Assembly: GCA_929200255.1 (NCBI GenBank)
Contig: CAKMYZ010000002.1
Span: forward strand, 262,854-326,853
DNA: 64,000 nt
Direction: 5' to 3'
Origin: an uncultured Alphaproteobacteria bacterium
Lineage (GTDB): Bacteria > Pseudomonadota > Alphaproteobacteria > Rhodobacterales > Rhodobacteraceae
Positions within the stretch are counted from its first letter, which is position 1, and each line of letters starts with the position of its first letter. The notes under the pieces were generated by a model. That model saw only the letters and a list, made by a program, of their open reading frames with translations, had not been told where the DNA came from and did not search any database. Shown in pieces: positions 18,649 to 29,223 of the stretch. Made by a program: the position numbers and the translations under genes.

Positions 18649-20615
18649 ACATCCAACTCCTCCACAAACCGCGCGTTCTCTTGAATATACTGGAACCGCA
18701 ATTCCGGTTTTTTGCCCATCAGCCGTTCAACCAGATCCGCGGTATCCCCCGGCTCGTCATCGTGCACGGTAACCCGGATCAGTTTGCGGGTTGTCGGGTC
18801 CATTGTCGTTTCTTTGAGGTCTTTGGCGTCCATCTCACCCAGGCCCTTGAAACGCTGCACGTCGATTTTTCCCTTGCCGCCCAGACCTTTGGCCATCACG
18901 GCGTCTTTTTCGACGTCATCGGCCACATAGACCCGTTTCGCGCCCTGCGTCAGCCGGTAAAGCGGCGGGCAGGCCAGATAGAGGTGCCCCTGGTCGATTA
19001 ATGGCCGCATCTGGGTGAAGAAGAATGTCATCAGCAGCGAGGCGATATGCGCCCCGTCCACATCCGCATCCGTCATGATGATGATCTTGTCATAACGCAG
19101 GTCATCGACGTTGAATTTGGTGCCCATGCCAACGCCCAATGCCTCGCAGAGGTCATTGATTTCGGCGTTGGTCGACAGTTTGGAAGAGGCCGCCCCCAGC
19201 ACGTTCAGGATCTTACCCTTGAGCGGCAGCAGCGCCTGATTGACCCGGTTGCGCGCACCTTTGCCTGACCCGCCCGCACTGTCGCCCTCGACGATGAACA
19301 GCTCAGTCCCTTTGCGGTCTTTCGATGTACAATCGGTCAGTTTTCCGGGCAGGCGCAGTTTCTTGGTCGCTGATTTACGGGCGGTTTCCTTTTCCTGACG
19401 GCGGCGCAGCCGTTCCTCGGCCCGCAGGACAAGGAAATCAAGGATCGCGCCGGCGGATTTTGTATCCGCCGCCAGCCAGTTGTCAAAGTGGTCGCGCACC
19501 GCCCCTTCGGTCATTTTGGCCGCGGCTTCGGTTGAAAGCCGGTCCTTGGTTTGCCCCACGAAAGCGGGGTCACGAATGAAACAGGACACCAACGCGCAGC
19601 CGCCCGACATCAGGTCATCGCGCGTGATCTGTCCGGCCTTTTTGTTGCCCGACAGCTCTCCATAAGCTTTGATGCCCTTCAGGATCGCCGCCCAGAAGCC
19701 GCTGACATGGGTGCCCCCTTCGGGCGTGGGTACGGTGTTGCAGTAGGATTGGATAAATCCATCGCGCACCGGCGTCCAATTGATCGCCCATTCGACCTTG
19801 CCCGGTTCCCCAAATTTTTCGTTGAAGTCGACGGTGCCTGCAAAGGGTTTGTCAGCATAGGTGGTCGCCGTACCCAGCGTTTCCTTGAGGTAGTCAGAAA
19901 GCCCCCCGGGAAAGTGGAATGTCGCCTCGGTTGGGGTTTCGCCATCGTCGATTTCGGATTTCCAGCGAATTTCGACGCCAGAGAACAGATAGGCTTTGGA
20001 GCGGATGGATTTGAACAAGCGCGCCGGTTTGAAACGGTGAGAGCCGAAGATTTCCGCATCAGCGTGGAAGGTGAAGGTCGTGCCCCGCCGATTGGGCGCG
20101 CTGCCCACCTTTTCGACGGGTCCAAGGGGGATGCCCCGCGAAAAGCGTTGTTCGTAGATTTCCTTGTTGCGCGCGACCTGCACCACAAGGCTATCGGACA
20201 GCGCATTGACCACAGAGGCGCCGACACCGTGCAGACCACCCGAGGTCTGGTAGGCTTTGCCTTCAAATTTACCACCGGAGTGCAGCGTGCATAGGATCAC
20301 TTCCAAAGCAGATTTGTCTGGCTCATCCGGGTGTGGATCAACGGGAATACCACGTCCGTTATCTTTGATTGTAATGGAATGGTCTGCATGTAGCTCAACC
20401 TCGATCCGGCTCGCAAACCCAGCCACCGCTTCGTCCATGGAGTTGTCGAGGACCTCGGCAACCAAATGATGCAAAGCGCGTTCATCCGTGCCGCCGATAT
20501 ACATGCCGGGACGTTTGCGAACTGCCTCAAGCCCCTTGAGGACCTTAATTGAGGAGGCATTGTAGTCGTCCGGGCCCCCCCCGGAAAAGAGATTGTCGGC
20601 CATGATACTGCTCAT
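18645..20615 (-). CDS. parE: DNA topoisomerase IV subunit B
   Basis: GHKL ATPase and TOPRIM motifs (GLHHLV-type, [25 protein letters not shown]); about 650 aa, lacking the GyrB-length insertion; the start could be ATG 20615 or 20603. Confidence 0.9.
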   Translation of the reverse strand: MSSIMADNLFSGGGPDDYNASSIKVLKGLEAVRKRPGMYIGGTDERALHHLVAEVLDNSMDEAVAGFASRIEVELHADHSITIKDNGRGIPVDPHPDEPDKSALEVILCTLHSGGKFEGKAYQTSGGLHGVGASVVNALSDSLVVQVARNKEIYEQRFSRGIPLGPVEKVGSAPNRRGTTFTFHADAEIFGSHRFKPARLFKSIRSKAYLFSGVEIRWKSEIDDGETPTEATFHFPGGLSDYLKETLGTATTYADKPFAGTVDFNEKFGEPGKVEWAINWTPVRDGFIQSYCNTVPTPEGGTHVSGFWAAILKGIKAYGELSGNKKAGQITRDDLMSGGCALVSCFIRDPAFVGQTKDRLSTEAAAKMTEGAVRDHFDNWLAADTKSAGAILDFLVLRAEERLRRRQEKETARKSATKKLRLPGKLTDCTSKDRKGTELFIVEGDSAGGSGKGARNRVNQALLPLKGKILNVLGAASSKLSTNAEINDLCEALGVGMGTKFNVDDLRYDKIIIMTDADVDGAHIASLLMTFFFTQMRPLIDQGHLYLACPPLYRLTQGAKRVYVADDVEKDAVMAKGLGGKGKIDVQRFKGLGEMDAKDLKETTMDPTTRKLIRVTVHDDEPGDTADLVERLMGKKPELRFQYIQENARFVEELDV

Positions 20616-20980
20616 TCTTTGCTTTGGCTCAGTATGACAGGCTGTCAAAGGAGGTGAAAGAAAATGTTCTAAGATCACCCGAACAAAAGAAGAACAATTC
20701 CCACATGTGTGTCGTTAAATGGAAGGAGATGATACATATGAGATATGACTCAAAGAGGGTTTCAAGACAGGTGGCACCGCTGGCGAGCCAAGCTGCCCCT
20801 GCGATCGCTGCAATATCAACTGTTGTAGAGAGCAGGGCCTCTTCATCCCGCAATCCTTCAGGGGCGCTGGCCCGCACCATGCTGGCCAATACAACAAAAG
20901 GACGCGGGCGAACCGGCCCGAGCTACCGTATCAACGGCTCAGTCTGACGCAGAGAGCTCCCCGCAAGCGGGCCTAGCGCC

Positions 20981-22210
20981 CTATTCGCTGTTCATTTCAA
21001 ACCCGAGGTGCTTTGCGACCGTAAATATATCCTTGTCACCCCTGCCGCACATATTCATCACCAGCAGATGATCCTTGGGTAATTCAGGCGCGATTTTCAT
21101 CACATGGGCCAATGCGTGTGATGGTTCCAACGCCGGGATGATCCCCTCTTGTGCACAGCACAGCTGGAAGGCTTCCAGGGCCTCGACATCGGTGATCGCG
21201 ACATATTGCGCGCGGCCGATTTCGTGCAGCCAGGCATGCTCTGGCCCGATGCCGGGATAGTCAAGGCCGGCTGAGATGCTGAAGCCTTCCAGAATCTGCC
21301 CGACATCATCCTGCAACAGATAGGTACGGTTGCCATGCAAGACGCCGGGGCGGCCGCCCGTCAAGGATGCGCAGTGTTCCATCTTGGCGTTCACACCTTT
21401 ACCGCCCGCCTCAACCCCAATGATGTTGACATCCTTGTCATCGAGGAAAGGGTAAAACAGGCCCATGGCATTTGAACCGCCGCCAATCGCGGCAACCAGG
21501 GTATCGGGCAAACGACCCTCGGCCGCCTGCATCTGTTCTTTGGTTTCCTTGCCAATAATGGCCTGAAAATCGCGAACCATGGCTGGATAGGGATGCGGCC
21601 CGGCCACTGTTCCAATGCAATAAAACGTGTCGCGCACATTGGTGACCCAATCGCGCAGTGCATCATTCATCGCGTCTTTCAGCGTGCCGCGTCCCGATGT
21701 GACCGGGACAACTTCCGCGCCAAGCAAGCGCATCCGAAATACATTCGGCGCCTGACGTTCCACATCATGCGCGCCCATATACACCACACATTTCAGACCG
21801 AATTTCGCACAGACCGTCGCCGTGGCAACACCATGCTGCCCGGCACCGGTTTCAGCGATGATCCGGGTCTTGCCCATACGGCGGGCCAGAATGATCTGCC
21901 CCAGAACGTTGTTGATCTTATGAGCACCAGTGTGATTCAATTCATCGCGCTTGAGATAAATTTTGGCACCGCCCAGATGCTCTGTCAGACGCTCAGCAAA
22001 GTAAAGTGGACTGGGACGGCCAACGTAGTGCGTCCACAGATCGTGCATCTCGGCCCAGAAGGACTCATCCGTCTTGGCATGTTCATACTGCTCTTCCAAT
22101 TCAAGGATCAACGGCATGAGGGTTTCGGACACAAACCGTCCGCCAAATTCGCCAAAGCGGCCCTTTTCATCGGGACCGGTCATGAAGCTGTTGAAAAGAT
22201 CGTTGGCCAT
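20981..22210 (-). CDS. trpB: tryptophan synthase beta chain
   Basis: [20 protein letters not shown] (PLP lysine), GGGSNA motifs; start at ATG 22210. Confidence 0.95.
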   Translation of the reverse strand: MANDLFNSFMTGPDEKGRFGEFGGRFVSETLMPLILELEEQYEHAKTDESFWAEMHDLWTHYVGRPSPLYFAERLTEHLGGAKIYLKRDELNHTGAHKINNVLGQIILARRMGKTRIIAETGAGQHGVATATVCAKFGLKCVVYMGAHDVERQAPNVFRMRLLGAEVVPVTSGRGTLKDAMNDALRDWVTNVRDTFYCIGTVAGPHPYPAMVRDFQAIIGKETKEQMQAAEGRLPDTLVAAIGGGSNAMGLFYPFLDDKDVNIIGVEAGGKGVNAKMEHCASLTGGRPGVLHGNRTYLLQDDVGQILEGFSISAGLDYPGIGPEHAWLHEIGRAQYVAITDVEALEAFQLCCAQEGIIPALEPSHALAHVMKIAPELPKDHLLVMNMCGRGDKDIFTVAKHLGFEMNSE

Positions 22211-22282
22211 GGGACACCTGCTGTTCTCGTGCAAATCAGCAGTATCGCGGGACGCGGGTGAGGTAAAGCGACCTACAAGCAG

Positions 22283-22354
22283 CAGACTTTCATGGAAAGT
22301 CTGAATACAAATCCTCTTAGAGGATTTGCTACCAATTCTTGTTCCAAGAATTGG
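22283..22354 (-). other. array of three adjacent AT-rich stem-loops
   Basis: CAGACTTTC-ATG-GAAAGTCTG (22283-22303), AAATCCTCT-T-AGAGGATTT (22309-22327), CCAATTCTTG-TTC-CAAGAATTGG (22332-22354), read directly; the array abuts the stop of the small ORF. Confidence 0.6.
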
Positions 22355-22582
22355 CTAAGAAACAACGACGCGTACTGGTTCGGCGTTACAGAAGACGACA
22401 ATTTGCCCAGCATTTTCCACAGCAGAATAACCGCGACGCGCGATTTCGGCGGAGAAGACATCACGGCCCACCATACGCTCCATATCGCGTACCTTGCGGC
22501 GTACCACGCCACCATCACGGGCAGCTTGCGCAGCAAACAAATGGCGAAACCAGGCCTCTGAGGTCATCGGTAATGGGCTCAT
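22355..22582 (-). CDS. small hypothetical protein between trpF and trpB
   Basis: Plausible coding ORF of about 70-75 aa (…MTSEAWFRHLFAAQAARDGGVVRRKV…); start uncertain (ATG 22582, ATG 22567 or GTG 22627); no recognisable motif. Confidence 0.35.
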   Translation of the reverse strand: MSPLPMTSEAWFRHLFAAQAARDGGVVRRKVRDMERMVGRDVFSAEIARRGYSAVENAGQIVVFCNAEPVRVVVS

Positions 22583-22616
22583 CACGTCATGCTGCCACAG
22601 CTTGGTAAATACAGCC

Positions 22617-23264
22617 TTAACGCGCACGTGCCGCCGCGCAAAAGGCGGCTATCAAATCCGCATCTTTCTGACCCGGCGCGCTTTCCACACCCGACGACAC
22701 ATCTACCTGTGTGGCGCCTGTCAGCCTGATCGCATCGCCCACATTCTTCGGTGTCAGCCCACCGGCCAGCATCCAAGGCACAGGCCAGCGACGATCCGCA
22801 ATAAGGCGCCAGTCGAAGACCAAGCCATTGCCACCTGGCAGTTCCGCATTTTTGGGTGGTTTGGCATCAACCAAGAGCTGATCAGCGACACGCGCGTAAC
22901 GCTCTAACTGTTGCAAGTCACTTTCATCAGCGACGCCAACAGCCTTCATAATCGGCAGCCCATAGCGCGCGCGCACTTCTGCCACGCGCTCCGGCGTTTC
23001 GGCACCATGCAATTGCAAAAGATCCAGTGGAACTTCGTCGGTGATGGCATCCAACAAAGCATTATCGGCATTCACGACCAAAGCAGTTTTGGCAACGCCG
23101 ACCGGCACCTCTGCCGCCAATTGCGCGGCTGATGATATCGACACGTGACGCGGGGACTTGGGAAAAAACACCAACCCAACATAAGATGCACCGGCATCCA
23201 CTGCAGCCTGCAGCGTCGCCGCGTCGCGCAGCCCGCAGATCTTGACACGTGTCTTCGATGACAT
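22617..23264 (-). CDS. trpF: phosphoribosylanthranilate isomerase
   Basis: 215 aa, VKICGL start and TIM-barrel TrpF pattern (LQLHG, LAGGL); trpB context. Confidence 0.9.
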   Translation of the reverse strand: MSSKTRVKICGLRDAATLQAAVDAGASYVGLVFFPKSPRHVSISSAAQLAAEVPVGVAKTALVVNADNALLDAITDEVPLDLLQLHGAETPERVAEVRARYGLPIMKAVGVADESDLQQLERYARVADQLLVDAKPPKNAELPGGNGLVFDWRLIADRRWPVPWMLAGGLTPKNVGDAIRLTGATQVDVSSGVESAPGQKDADLIAAFCAAARAR

Positions 23265-23267
23265 TGG

Positions 23268-23621
23268 TCAGGTCTTTTCTAGCAGCGCCAGCACGTCGTC
23301 ATCGTCCTTGGCCCCGGCAGCGGCCCCTTTGAGCTGCTGGACTTCACGGCGCAGGCTTTCCAACTCACGGGTCTTGCTACGGGCGTCCACACGCATACGA
23401 TGCTCACGTACCCATTCCCAAAGGAACCCGATCATCAAACCAATACCAACGCCAATAAAGATCACAACAAAAAGTGGCAAGTTCATGTCAGGAGAGATGC
23501 CAAGAAGATCTGCCATAGACTGCGGCATGGCGCGCAAGGTCACAAAATCACGGTTGGCCAATCCGACGAGTATCAGGCAAAGACCGACGATGGCCCAGAA
23601 TGTATAGCGGATCGTTTTCAA
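23268..23621 (-). CDS. lapA: LapA/DUF1049-family inner-membrane protein
   Basis: 117 aa, two membrane spans followed by a coiled-coil tail; conserved position after ihfB. Confidence 0.6.
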   Translation of the reverse strand: MKTIRYTFWAIVGLCLILVGLANRDFVTLRAMPQSMADLLGISPDMNLPLFVVIFIGVGIGLMIGFLWEWVREHRMRVDARSKTRELESLRREVQQLKGAAAGAKDDDDVLALLEKT

Positions 23622-23723
23622 CGCACCCTCCTCGCGCAGCGTGGCGTGCAGCCCTTTGGGCCGAACTGCCTTTAGTCAGGAAGATAGTCTGCTGGGTGCC
23701 GCCTGCAATGGGAAATTACTCGT

Positions 23724-24005
23724 TCAGTTCCCGTTCAAACGATCGCGCAGCAGTTTGCCGGTCTTGAAGAACGGCACATGCTTCTCTTCAACCTTCACAG
23801 CCTCACCGGTGCGTGGATTGCGACCAATCCGCTCATCACGCTTCTTGACGGAAAACGCGCCGAAGCCCCGCAATTCAACCCGGTCGCCTCGGGCCATCGC
23901 TTCGATGATTTCGTCAAATACCGTATTCACGATCCGTTCGACATCCCGCTGATACAAATGTGGATTCTCGTCGGCGAGTTTCTGGATCAGTTCAGAACGG
24001 ATCAT
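23724..24005 (-). CDS. ihfB: integration host factor subunit beta
   Basis: [11 protein letters not shown]...RGFGAF...GRNPRTGE; ATG 24005 with GGGAGG upstream. Confidence 0.9.
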   Translation of the reverse strand: MIRSELIQKLADENPHLYQRDVERIVNTVFDEIIEAMARGDRVELRGFGAFSVKKRDERIGRNPRTGEAVKVEEKHVPFFKTGKLLRDRLNGN

Positions 24006-24345
24006 GTTTTGGCCTCCCAACCAACAAGAAAAAACGACGGGTTTGCCCCGCTTTGCGCGCGACTATAGGCATTTTGGTCCTGCGGCGAAATAGCGGGATT
24101 CACCCGTTTCCATGCAAATTACATGGTTTCCGCGTGCCAATCTTCGCAAATCTGAATCATTGTGCCAACAATTTGGCCGCCTGGGCGCATCCGCAGCCCG
24201 TAGAATCCCAACGATTCGCGCAGCCCTAACAGCGCCCTGATTTGATCGTTCTGTTTGCCTCTGCGACCGCTATGGATCTGGTATCGCTGCGTCCAATTCG
24301 CTCTGACGCCCAGCCGCCTGAACCTTTGCGGCTGACCAAAAGGCA

Positions 24346-24380
24346 CGAAAAACCCCGCCGCAGAGAACTGCAGCGGGGTT
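24346..24380 (-). terminator. rho-independent terminator of rpsA
   Basis: Minus-strand RNA AACCCCGCUGCAGUUCUCUGCGGCGGGGUU followed by UUUUC, beginning about 25 nt after the rpsA stop. Confidence 0.65.
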
Positions 24381-24404
24381 CTTTTCTACAACGTCAGGAC
24401 CGAC

Positions 24405-26078
24405 TTAATCGTCGCCCTTCAGGGCCGCACCAAGGATATCGCCCAAAGATGCGCCGGAATCGCTGGAGCCATACTGCTCAACCGCTTCCTTCTCTTCTGC
24501 AATCTCGCGTGCTTTGATTGACAGACCCAGCTTGCGGGTCTTGCTGTCGATGTTGGTCACACGAACGTCGACCTTGTCGCCAACGCCGAAACGCTCTGGG
24601 CGCTGCTCGGCACGATCGCGGGACAGGTCAGAGCGGCGGATGAAGGATTTCGCACCTTCATAGTCCACTTCGATGCCGCCATCTTCGATCTTAGTCACTT
24701 CAACAGTGATCACCGAACCGCGCTTCACGCCGCCAACAGCTTCGGCGAATGGGTCACCATCGAGTGCTTTGATGGACAGCGAAATACGCTCTTTCTCAAC
24801 GTCAACTTCGGCAACCTTAGCGCGAACCACATCGCCCTTACGGAAATCGCCAATCACGTCTTCGCCGCGGCCTTCCCATGTCAGGTCAGACAGGTGAACC
24901 ATGCCGTCGATATCGCCTTCGAGGCCAACAAACAGGCCAAATTCGGTGATGTTCTTGACTTCGCCTTCAACCTCAGTGCCCTCAGGGAACTGCTCTGCAA
25001 AGACTTCCCATGGGTTGCGCTGGGTCTGTTTCAGACCAAGGGAAACACGACGCTTGGCGCTGTCGATTTCCAGAACCATGACTTCGACTTCTTGCGACGT
25101 AGACACGATCTTGCCGGGGTGGACGTTTTTCTTTGTCCAGGACATCTCAGACACGTGAACCAGACCTTCAACACCGGCTTCCAGCTCAACAAATGCGCCG
25201 TAGTCAGTGATGTTGGTCACGCGACCCTGGTGGACGGAACCGAGTGAGAACTTGGCTTCGACCGCATCCCATGGATCATCCTGCAGCTGCTTCATGCCAA
25301 GGCTGATACGGTGGGTCTCTTTGTTGATCTTGATGACCTGCACCTTGATCGTCTCACCAATGGTGAGGATCTCGGATGGGTGGTTCACACGGCGCCATGC
25401 CATGTCAGTGACGTGCAACAGACCGTCAACACCGCCAAGGTCAACGAACGCACCGTATTCGGTGATGTTCTTGACGACGCCGTCAACTTCCTGACCTTCA
25501 GTCAGGTTGCCGATCACTTCGGCGCGCTGCTCTGCACGGCTTTCTTCAAGGATCGCACGGCGGGACACGACGATGTTGCCACGGCGACGGTCCATCTTGA
25601 GGATCTGGAAGGGCTGCTTAAGACCCATCAATGGGCCCGCGTCACGCACTGGGCGGACGTCCACTTGGCTGCCCGGCAAGAACGCAACAGCGCCGCCAAG
25701 GTCCACGGTGAAGCCACCTTTGACGCGACCAAAGATTGCGCCGTCAACGCGCTCTTCGTCCGCATATGCTTTTTCCAGACGATCCCACGCTTCTTCACGG
25801 CGCGCCATCTCGCGAGAGATAACAGCTTCGCCGCGGGCATTTTCAACCTGGCGCAGGAACACTTCGACAGTGTCACCAACGGCCAGTTCAGCCTCTTCAC
25901 CGGGATTTGCGAATTCTTTGATATCAACGCGGCCTTCCATTTTGTAGCCGACGTCGATGATGGCTTGGCCCGCTTCGATCGCGATAACCTTGCCTTTGAC
26001 AACTGACCCTTCAGCGGGTGTGTCCATTTCGAAGCTTTCATTAAGGAGCGCTTCAAACTCTTCCATTGTGTTAGCCAT
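24405..26078 (-). CDS. rpsA: 30S ribosomal protein S1
   Basis: 557 aa with six S1 repeats (repeated G.V..I..YGAFV.L motifs). Confidence 0.95.
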   Translation of the reverse strand: MANTMEEFEALLNESFEMDTPAEGSVVKGKVIAIEAGQAIIDVGYKMEGRVDIKEFANPGEEAELAVGDTVEVFLRQVENARGEAVISREMARREEAWDRLEKAYADEERVDGAIFGRVKGGFTVDLGGAVAFLPGSQVDVRPVRDAGPLMGLKQPFQILKMDRRRGNIVVSRRAILEESRAEQRAEVIGNLTEGQEVDGVVKNITEYGAFVDLGGVDGLLHVTDMAWRRVNHPSEILTIGETIKVQVIKINKETHRISLGMKQLQDDPWDAVEAKFSLGSVHQGRVTNITDYGAFVELEAGVEGLVHVSEMSWTKKNVHPGKIVSTSQEVEVMVLEIDSAKRRVSLGLKQTQRNPWEVFAEQFPEGTEVEGEVKNITEFGLFVGLEGDIDGMVHLSDLTWEGRGEDVIGDFRKGDVVRAKVAEVDVEKERISLSIKALDGDPFAEAVGGVKRGSVITVEVTKIEDGGIEVDYEGAKSFIRRSDLSRDRAEQRPERFGVGDKVDVRVTNIDSKTRKLGLSIKAREIAEEKEAVEQYGSSDSGASLGDILGAALKGDD

Positions 26079-26438
26079 GTGGCGTCGTTTTCCTAACGTT
26101 TGGTTTTATACGGGCCGAGCGGTTGTGTCCGCCGGTCTTTAGATGATTGCCCACCGTGGGTGGGACGGGTTTCAATTGGTCGCAAGCCCCATTGCGGAAC
26201 ATAAAACAACAGGGCCGGTAGATTACCGACCCCGCTCAAGTCTCACGTCCGCGCCTGTCTCGACACTTCGACAGGGCGGCGTATAGGCCGCATTGGGCCT
26301 ATATGCAAGGGGTTTTGACGGTCAGCGCAACGGTGAGAAGCGTCGCAACGGGCGGCATCCGTGTTCTAAGTGAAACTCGTCTCATTTGACGGAACAGCAA
26401 ACAGTTCAGCAACGCATCAAGGTTGCCGTTGCAGCCCA

Positions 26439-27293
26439 TCAACGCGGCGTCAGTACCAGCATCAAGTAGGTGTTGTTCGCCGCAAAATGTGCGGCATTGC
26501 GAGATTGCTGGTTCAGACGCTGATCTAAACGCGCCCGTTTGCGCGGGCTGATCAGGCGGCGCAGCATCCAATGTCCAAAGCGGCGCAGACGTGGCCGTTG
26601 CCGGGCCAGTTCTTCATCAACACGCCGGGTGGCATAGCCCATCACATTGAAAAGGCCCTGTTCGAGATCAATCGACGGGGCCACCTGCGTGGTAATGTCC
26701 ACTTCTTGGCTTACTTCAAGCCCAAGGGCTTCGGTGCGGGCACGAAACGCAGCGATGCCATGCCCCCCACCGACTGTGGCTTTCACCGCATCAGACTGGA
26801 ACTGCGCGCTGCGGAAACAATCCGCGATCACAATGCGCCCTTCAGGTGCCAAAAGCGTCAAACACTTCGCCATACCGATATCGAGGGGAATATACTGAAA
26901 GCTTTCCGAGAAAACGCAGACGTCAAATGTGCCCTCCAGCTGCGCATCCTGAAAAGTAGCCTCATGCACCACAGCCTGCGGTGCGTTCTCGCGGCAACGC
27001 CCCGCAAGAAAAGCGCTGGGGATCACGATCTCGACCTGATGACCAAGTGCCAACAGTTTCCGCGCCGTCTCACCCGCGCCACCGCCGATATCAAGGATAC
27101 GGCAAGGTCTGTCCGGCAATCGCTCAAACAGCAGATCCGTGTAAGCCGCTTGCGCCGCACCAAAATTGGCCGCGCAAACATCGAGCCCGTCCCAGTAGCC
27201 ATAGTGTAGATTTTCAGCCCCTGTGAGCCATTTCGAAAACGTGAGCCCGATATCAAGGCCCAAGCTACGCGTATCTAATTTCTTCCCCGTCAT
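26439..27293 (-). CDS. class I SAM-dependent methyltransferase
   Basis: SAM-binding motif ILDIGGGAGE; 284 aa. Confidence 0.7.
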   Translation of the reverse strand: MTGKKLDTRSLGLDIGLTFSKWLTGAENLHYGYWDGLDVCAANFGAAQAAYTDLLFERLPDRPCRILDIGGGAGETARKLLALGHQVEIVIPSAFLAGRCRENAPQAVVHEATFQDAQLEGTFDVCVFSESFQYIPLDIGMAKCLTLLAPEGRIVIADCFRSAQFQSDAVKATVGGGHGIAAFRARTEALGLEVSQEVDITTQVAPSIDLEQGLFNVMGYATRRVDEELARQRPRLRRFGHWMLRRLISPRKRARLDQRLNQQSRNAAHFAANNTYLMLVLTPR

Positions 27294-27371
27294 ATCATTC
27301 CGGTAGTAGAAATAATGGCTTGGCGAAAGAAAAAACTGATGGGCCGGTGTGATCCCCTGTGGACTGTGGTG

Positions 27372-27998
27372 TCAGAGGTCATTCAATGCCATCTGCACAG
27401 CAGCAAAATACGCCCCCACCTGCGCCCCATCAACCAGAGCATGATGCACTTCTAGTGTCATCGCCATATCCCAACGCCCACCATGATCCACAAACTTGCC
27501 CCAGGTCACGCGTGGGATGCAATCATCAGGGCCCGGCAGAGCGTTGTTGATGGATGTGTAGTCCAGCCATGGCATGCAGGATAAATACGCCAGATCATCA
27601 CGCGCGCCGCTATTGGCCTGTAGCGCGCCACCTTTTGCCACCGCGTCGATCAGCGCCATGGCCTGCGCGTCAAACCGGGCAAACTCCGATACAAACGGCA
27701 CATAGGCGTAGCCAAAACTGCCAGCGTCAGTGGGCACAGTCATGGACAGGGTAACCATATCATGGCGCACAACCACATCATCGCGAAAGCGCATACAAAG
27801 CTCCGGCACCGCATGCAGCCCACAGCCGATCGCATAAAGGCAGGCGCGATAAGGCGACATGCCGCGCGCCTTGCGCTTCATCAGATGCGAGCAATCCAAT
27901 CGGCTCGTGACAGCATAATGCGGTTTTTCATAGCTGCGAAAGAAATGAAATTGCGCAGCGCGGGGCCAATTCTCAAGATCGACAATGTGACAGGTCAT
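27372..27998 (-). CDS. chloramphenicol-acetyltransferase-like (CatA-family) acyltransferase
   Basis: 208 aa, CAT length and catalytic HHALVDG motif near the C-terminus. Confidence 0.7.
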   Translation of the reverse strand: MTCHIVDLENWPRAAQFHFFRSYEKPHYAVTSRLDCSHLMKRKARGMSPYRACLYAIGCGLHAVPELCMRFRDDVVVRHDMVTLSMTVPTDAGSFGYAYVPFVSEFARFDAQAMALIDAVAKGGALQANSGARDDLAYLSCMPWLDYTSINNALPGPDDCIPRVTWGKFVDHGGRWDMAMTLEVHHALVDGAQVGAYFAAVQMALNDL

Positions 27999-28010
27999 AC
28001 CGCAAGGATG

Positions 28011-28529
28011 TCAAATATCCTGCCCGCGCTCCAGCAAATCTTCGATCAACTGGCGTTGTAGGTCGCCACTGTCACCGCGGCCAAACTGGGCGGCACCACC
28101 TGTGTAGAGCGACCCATAGGTCTTCGCGATATTCACGGTCTGGGCAATGCCCGAGATAAACTGGTCCCGTTCCAATTCTCTGAACGGGTGGATGAACACG
28201 CCCCAAAGGCGCCCCTGCGCCACCGCATAGCGCGCATCCAGTGCACTGTCGAAATTCGCCTGCATGACGCGTTGCATTTCTTCCGCGGTCATCGTTTCGG
28301 CGGAACGAATGGGGACCATGGCCCGCATCCGATTGGCCGCGACATCCGTCACAATCAGAATCGGGATATCATCCACGGTCAGAGTGAAACCGGGACCAGA
28401 AATCGCCGCCTCTGGATCTATCGCGCGCAGAATCTGGGCCATACGCTCCATTGTCATATGAGGCTCCGCCTCTTGCGCAGAGACGGTCGCAGGCAGAAAG
28501 AAAGCGATCAGGACAAGGCAACGGATCAT
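28011..28529 (-). CDS. secreted hypothetical protein
   Basis: 172 aa with cleavable signal peptide (LPATVSAQEA); no recognised catalytic motif. Confidence 0.5.
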   Translation of the reverse strand: MIRCLVLIAFFLPATVSAQEAEPHMTMERMAQILRAIDPEAAISGPGFTLTVDDIPILIVTDVAANRMRAMVPIRSAETMTAEEMQRVMQANFDSALDARYAVAQGRLWGVFIHPFRELERDQFISGIAQTVNIAKTYGSLYTGGAAQFGRGDSGDLQRQLIEDLLERGQDI

Positions 28530-28614
28530 CGGGGTGCTCCTTTGCCATCAGCCTAGAAGGCACGCACCACACAGCCAAAGCAAGCTTTGGTGAAAAGTTG
28601 AAATATCGCGCGCG

Positions 28615-29223
28615 TCAGCCGCGCTTGGCTGTAATAATCTCAATCGCGCGGGCAACAGCCGCGTCAATGCTCAGATCAGAGGTATCCAGCATGATGGCAT
28701 CGGCAGCAGGCACCAAGGGGGCCGCCGCACGATTGCGGTCCCGGTCGTCGCGGGCTTTGACGTCAGCCAGCACAGTTTCAAACGTGATCTCCATGCCTTT
28801 GCCAACTAATTCCTGAAACCGGCGTTCGGCCCTGCATGCGGGGCTGGCGGTCACAAATATCTTGGCCTCGGCATCAGGGCAGATCACCGTACCAATATCG
28901 CGGCCATCCAGAACGGCGCCAGCACCCTTGCGGGCAAAATCACGCTGAAAGGCCTCCAATGCTTGGCGCACCTCGGGCAGCACCGCAACTTCGCTGGCTG
29001 CTTGTGCCACGGCAGGCGTGCGCAAAGCGCCATTTTCCAAGTCAACAGGATCTAGTGTGCGTGCTGCATCAACAGGGTCCCCCCCCGCCAAAACCTTGGC
29101 CGCAACAGCGCGATAAAGCAGCCCTGTATCCAGATGTGCAAATCCGAAATGCGCCGCCACCGCCTTGGAGATCGTGCCCTTACCCGCCGCGGCAGGGCCA
29201 TCAATGGCGATAGTAAAGCTCAT
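28615..29223 (-). CDS. cmk: cytidylate kinase
   Basis: [14 protein letters not shown]-loop and Cmk length; overlaps the aroA stop. Confidence 0.9.
   Translation of the reverse strand: MSFTIAIDGPAAAGKGTISKAVAAHFGFAHLDTGLLYRAVAAKVLAGGDPVDAARTLDPVDLENGALRTPAVAQAASEVAVLPEVRQALEAFQRDFARKGAGAVLDGRDIGTVICPDAEAKIFVTASPACRAERRFQELVGKGMEITFETVLADVKARDDRDRNRAAAPLVPAADAIMLDTSDLSIDAAVARAIEIITAKRG

Noticed and set aside
20624-20947. 107-aa version of the spacer ORF starting at TTG 20624
   Set aside because: The TTG has no ribosome-binding site and the N-terminal part crosses the parE promoter and start region. Only the shorter ATG 20738 version has an SD, and even that one is kept only as a finding, not a feature.
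26079-26438. Long rpsA upstream region with small hairpins and the 90-aa ORF 26299-26571
   Set aside because: The ORF overlaps the methyltransferase gene end and has no RBS. The hairpins are short (6 bp). The region is probably just the rpsA promoter and leader, and nothing specific can be supported.
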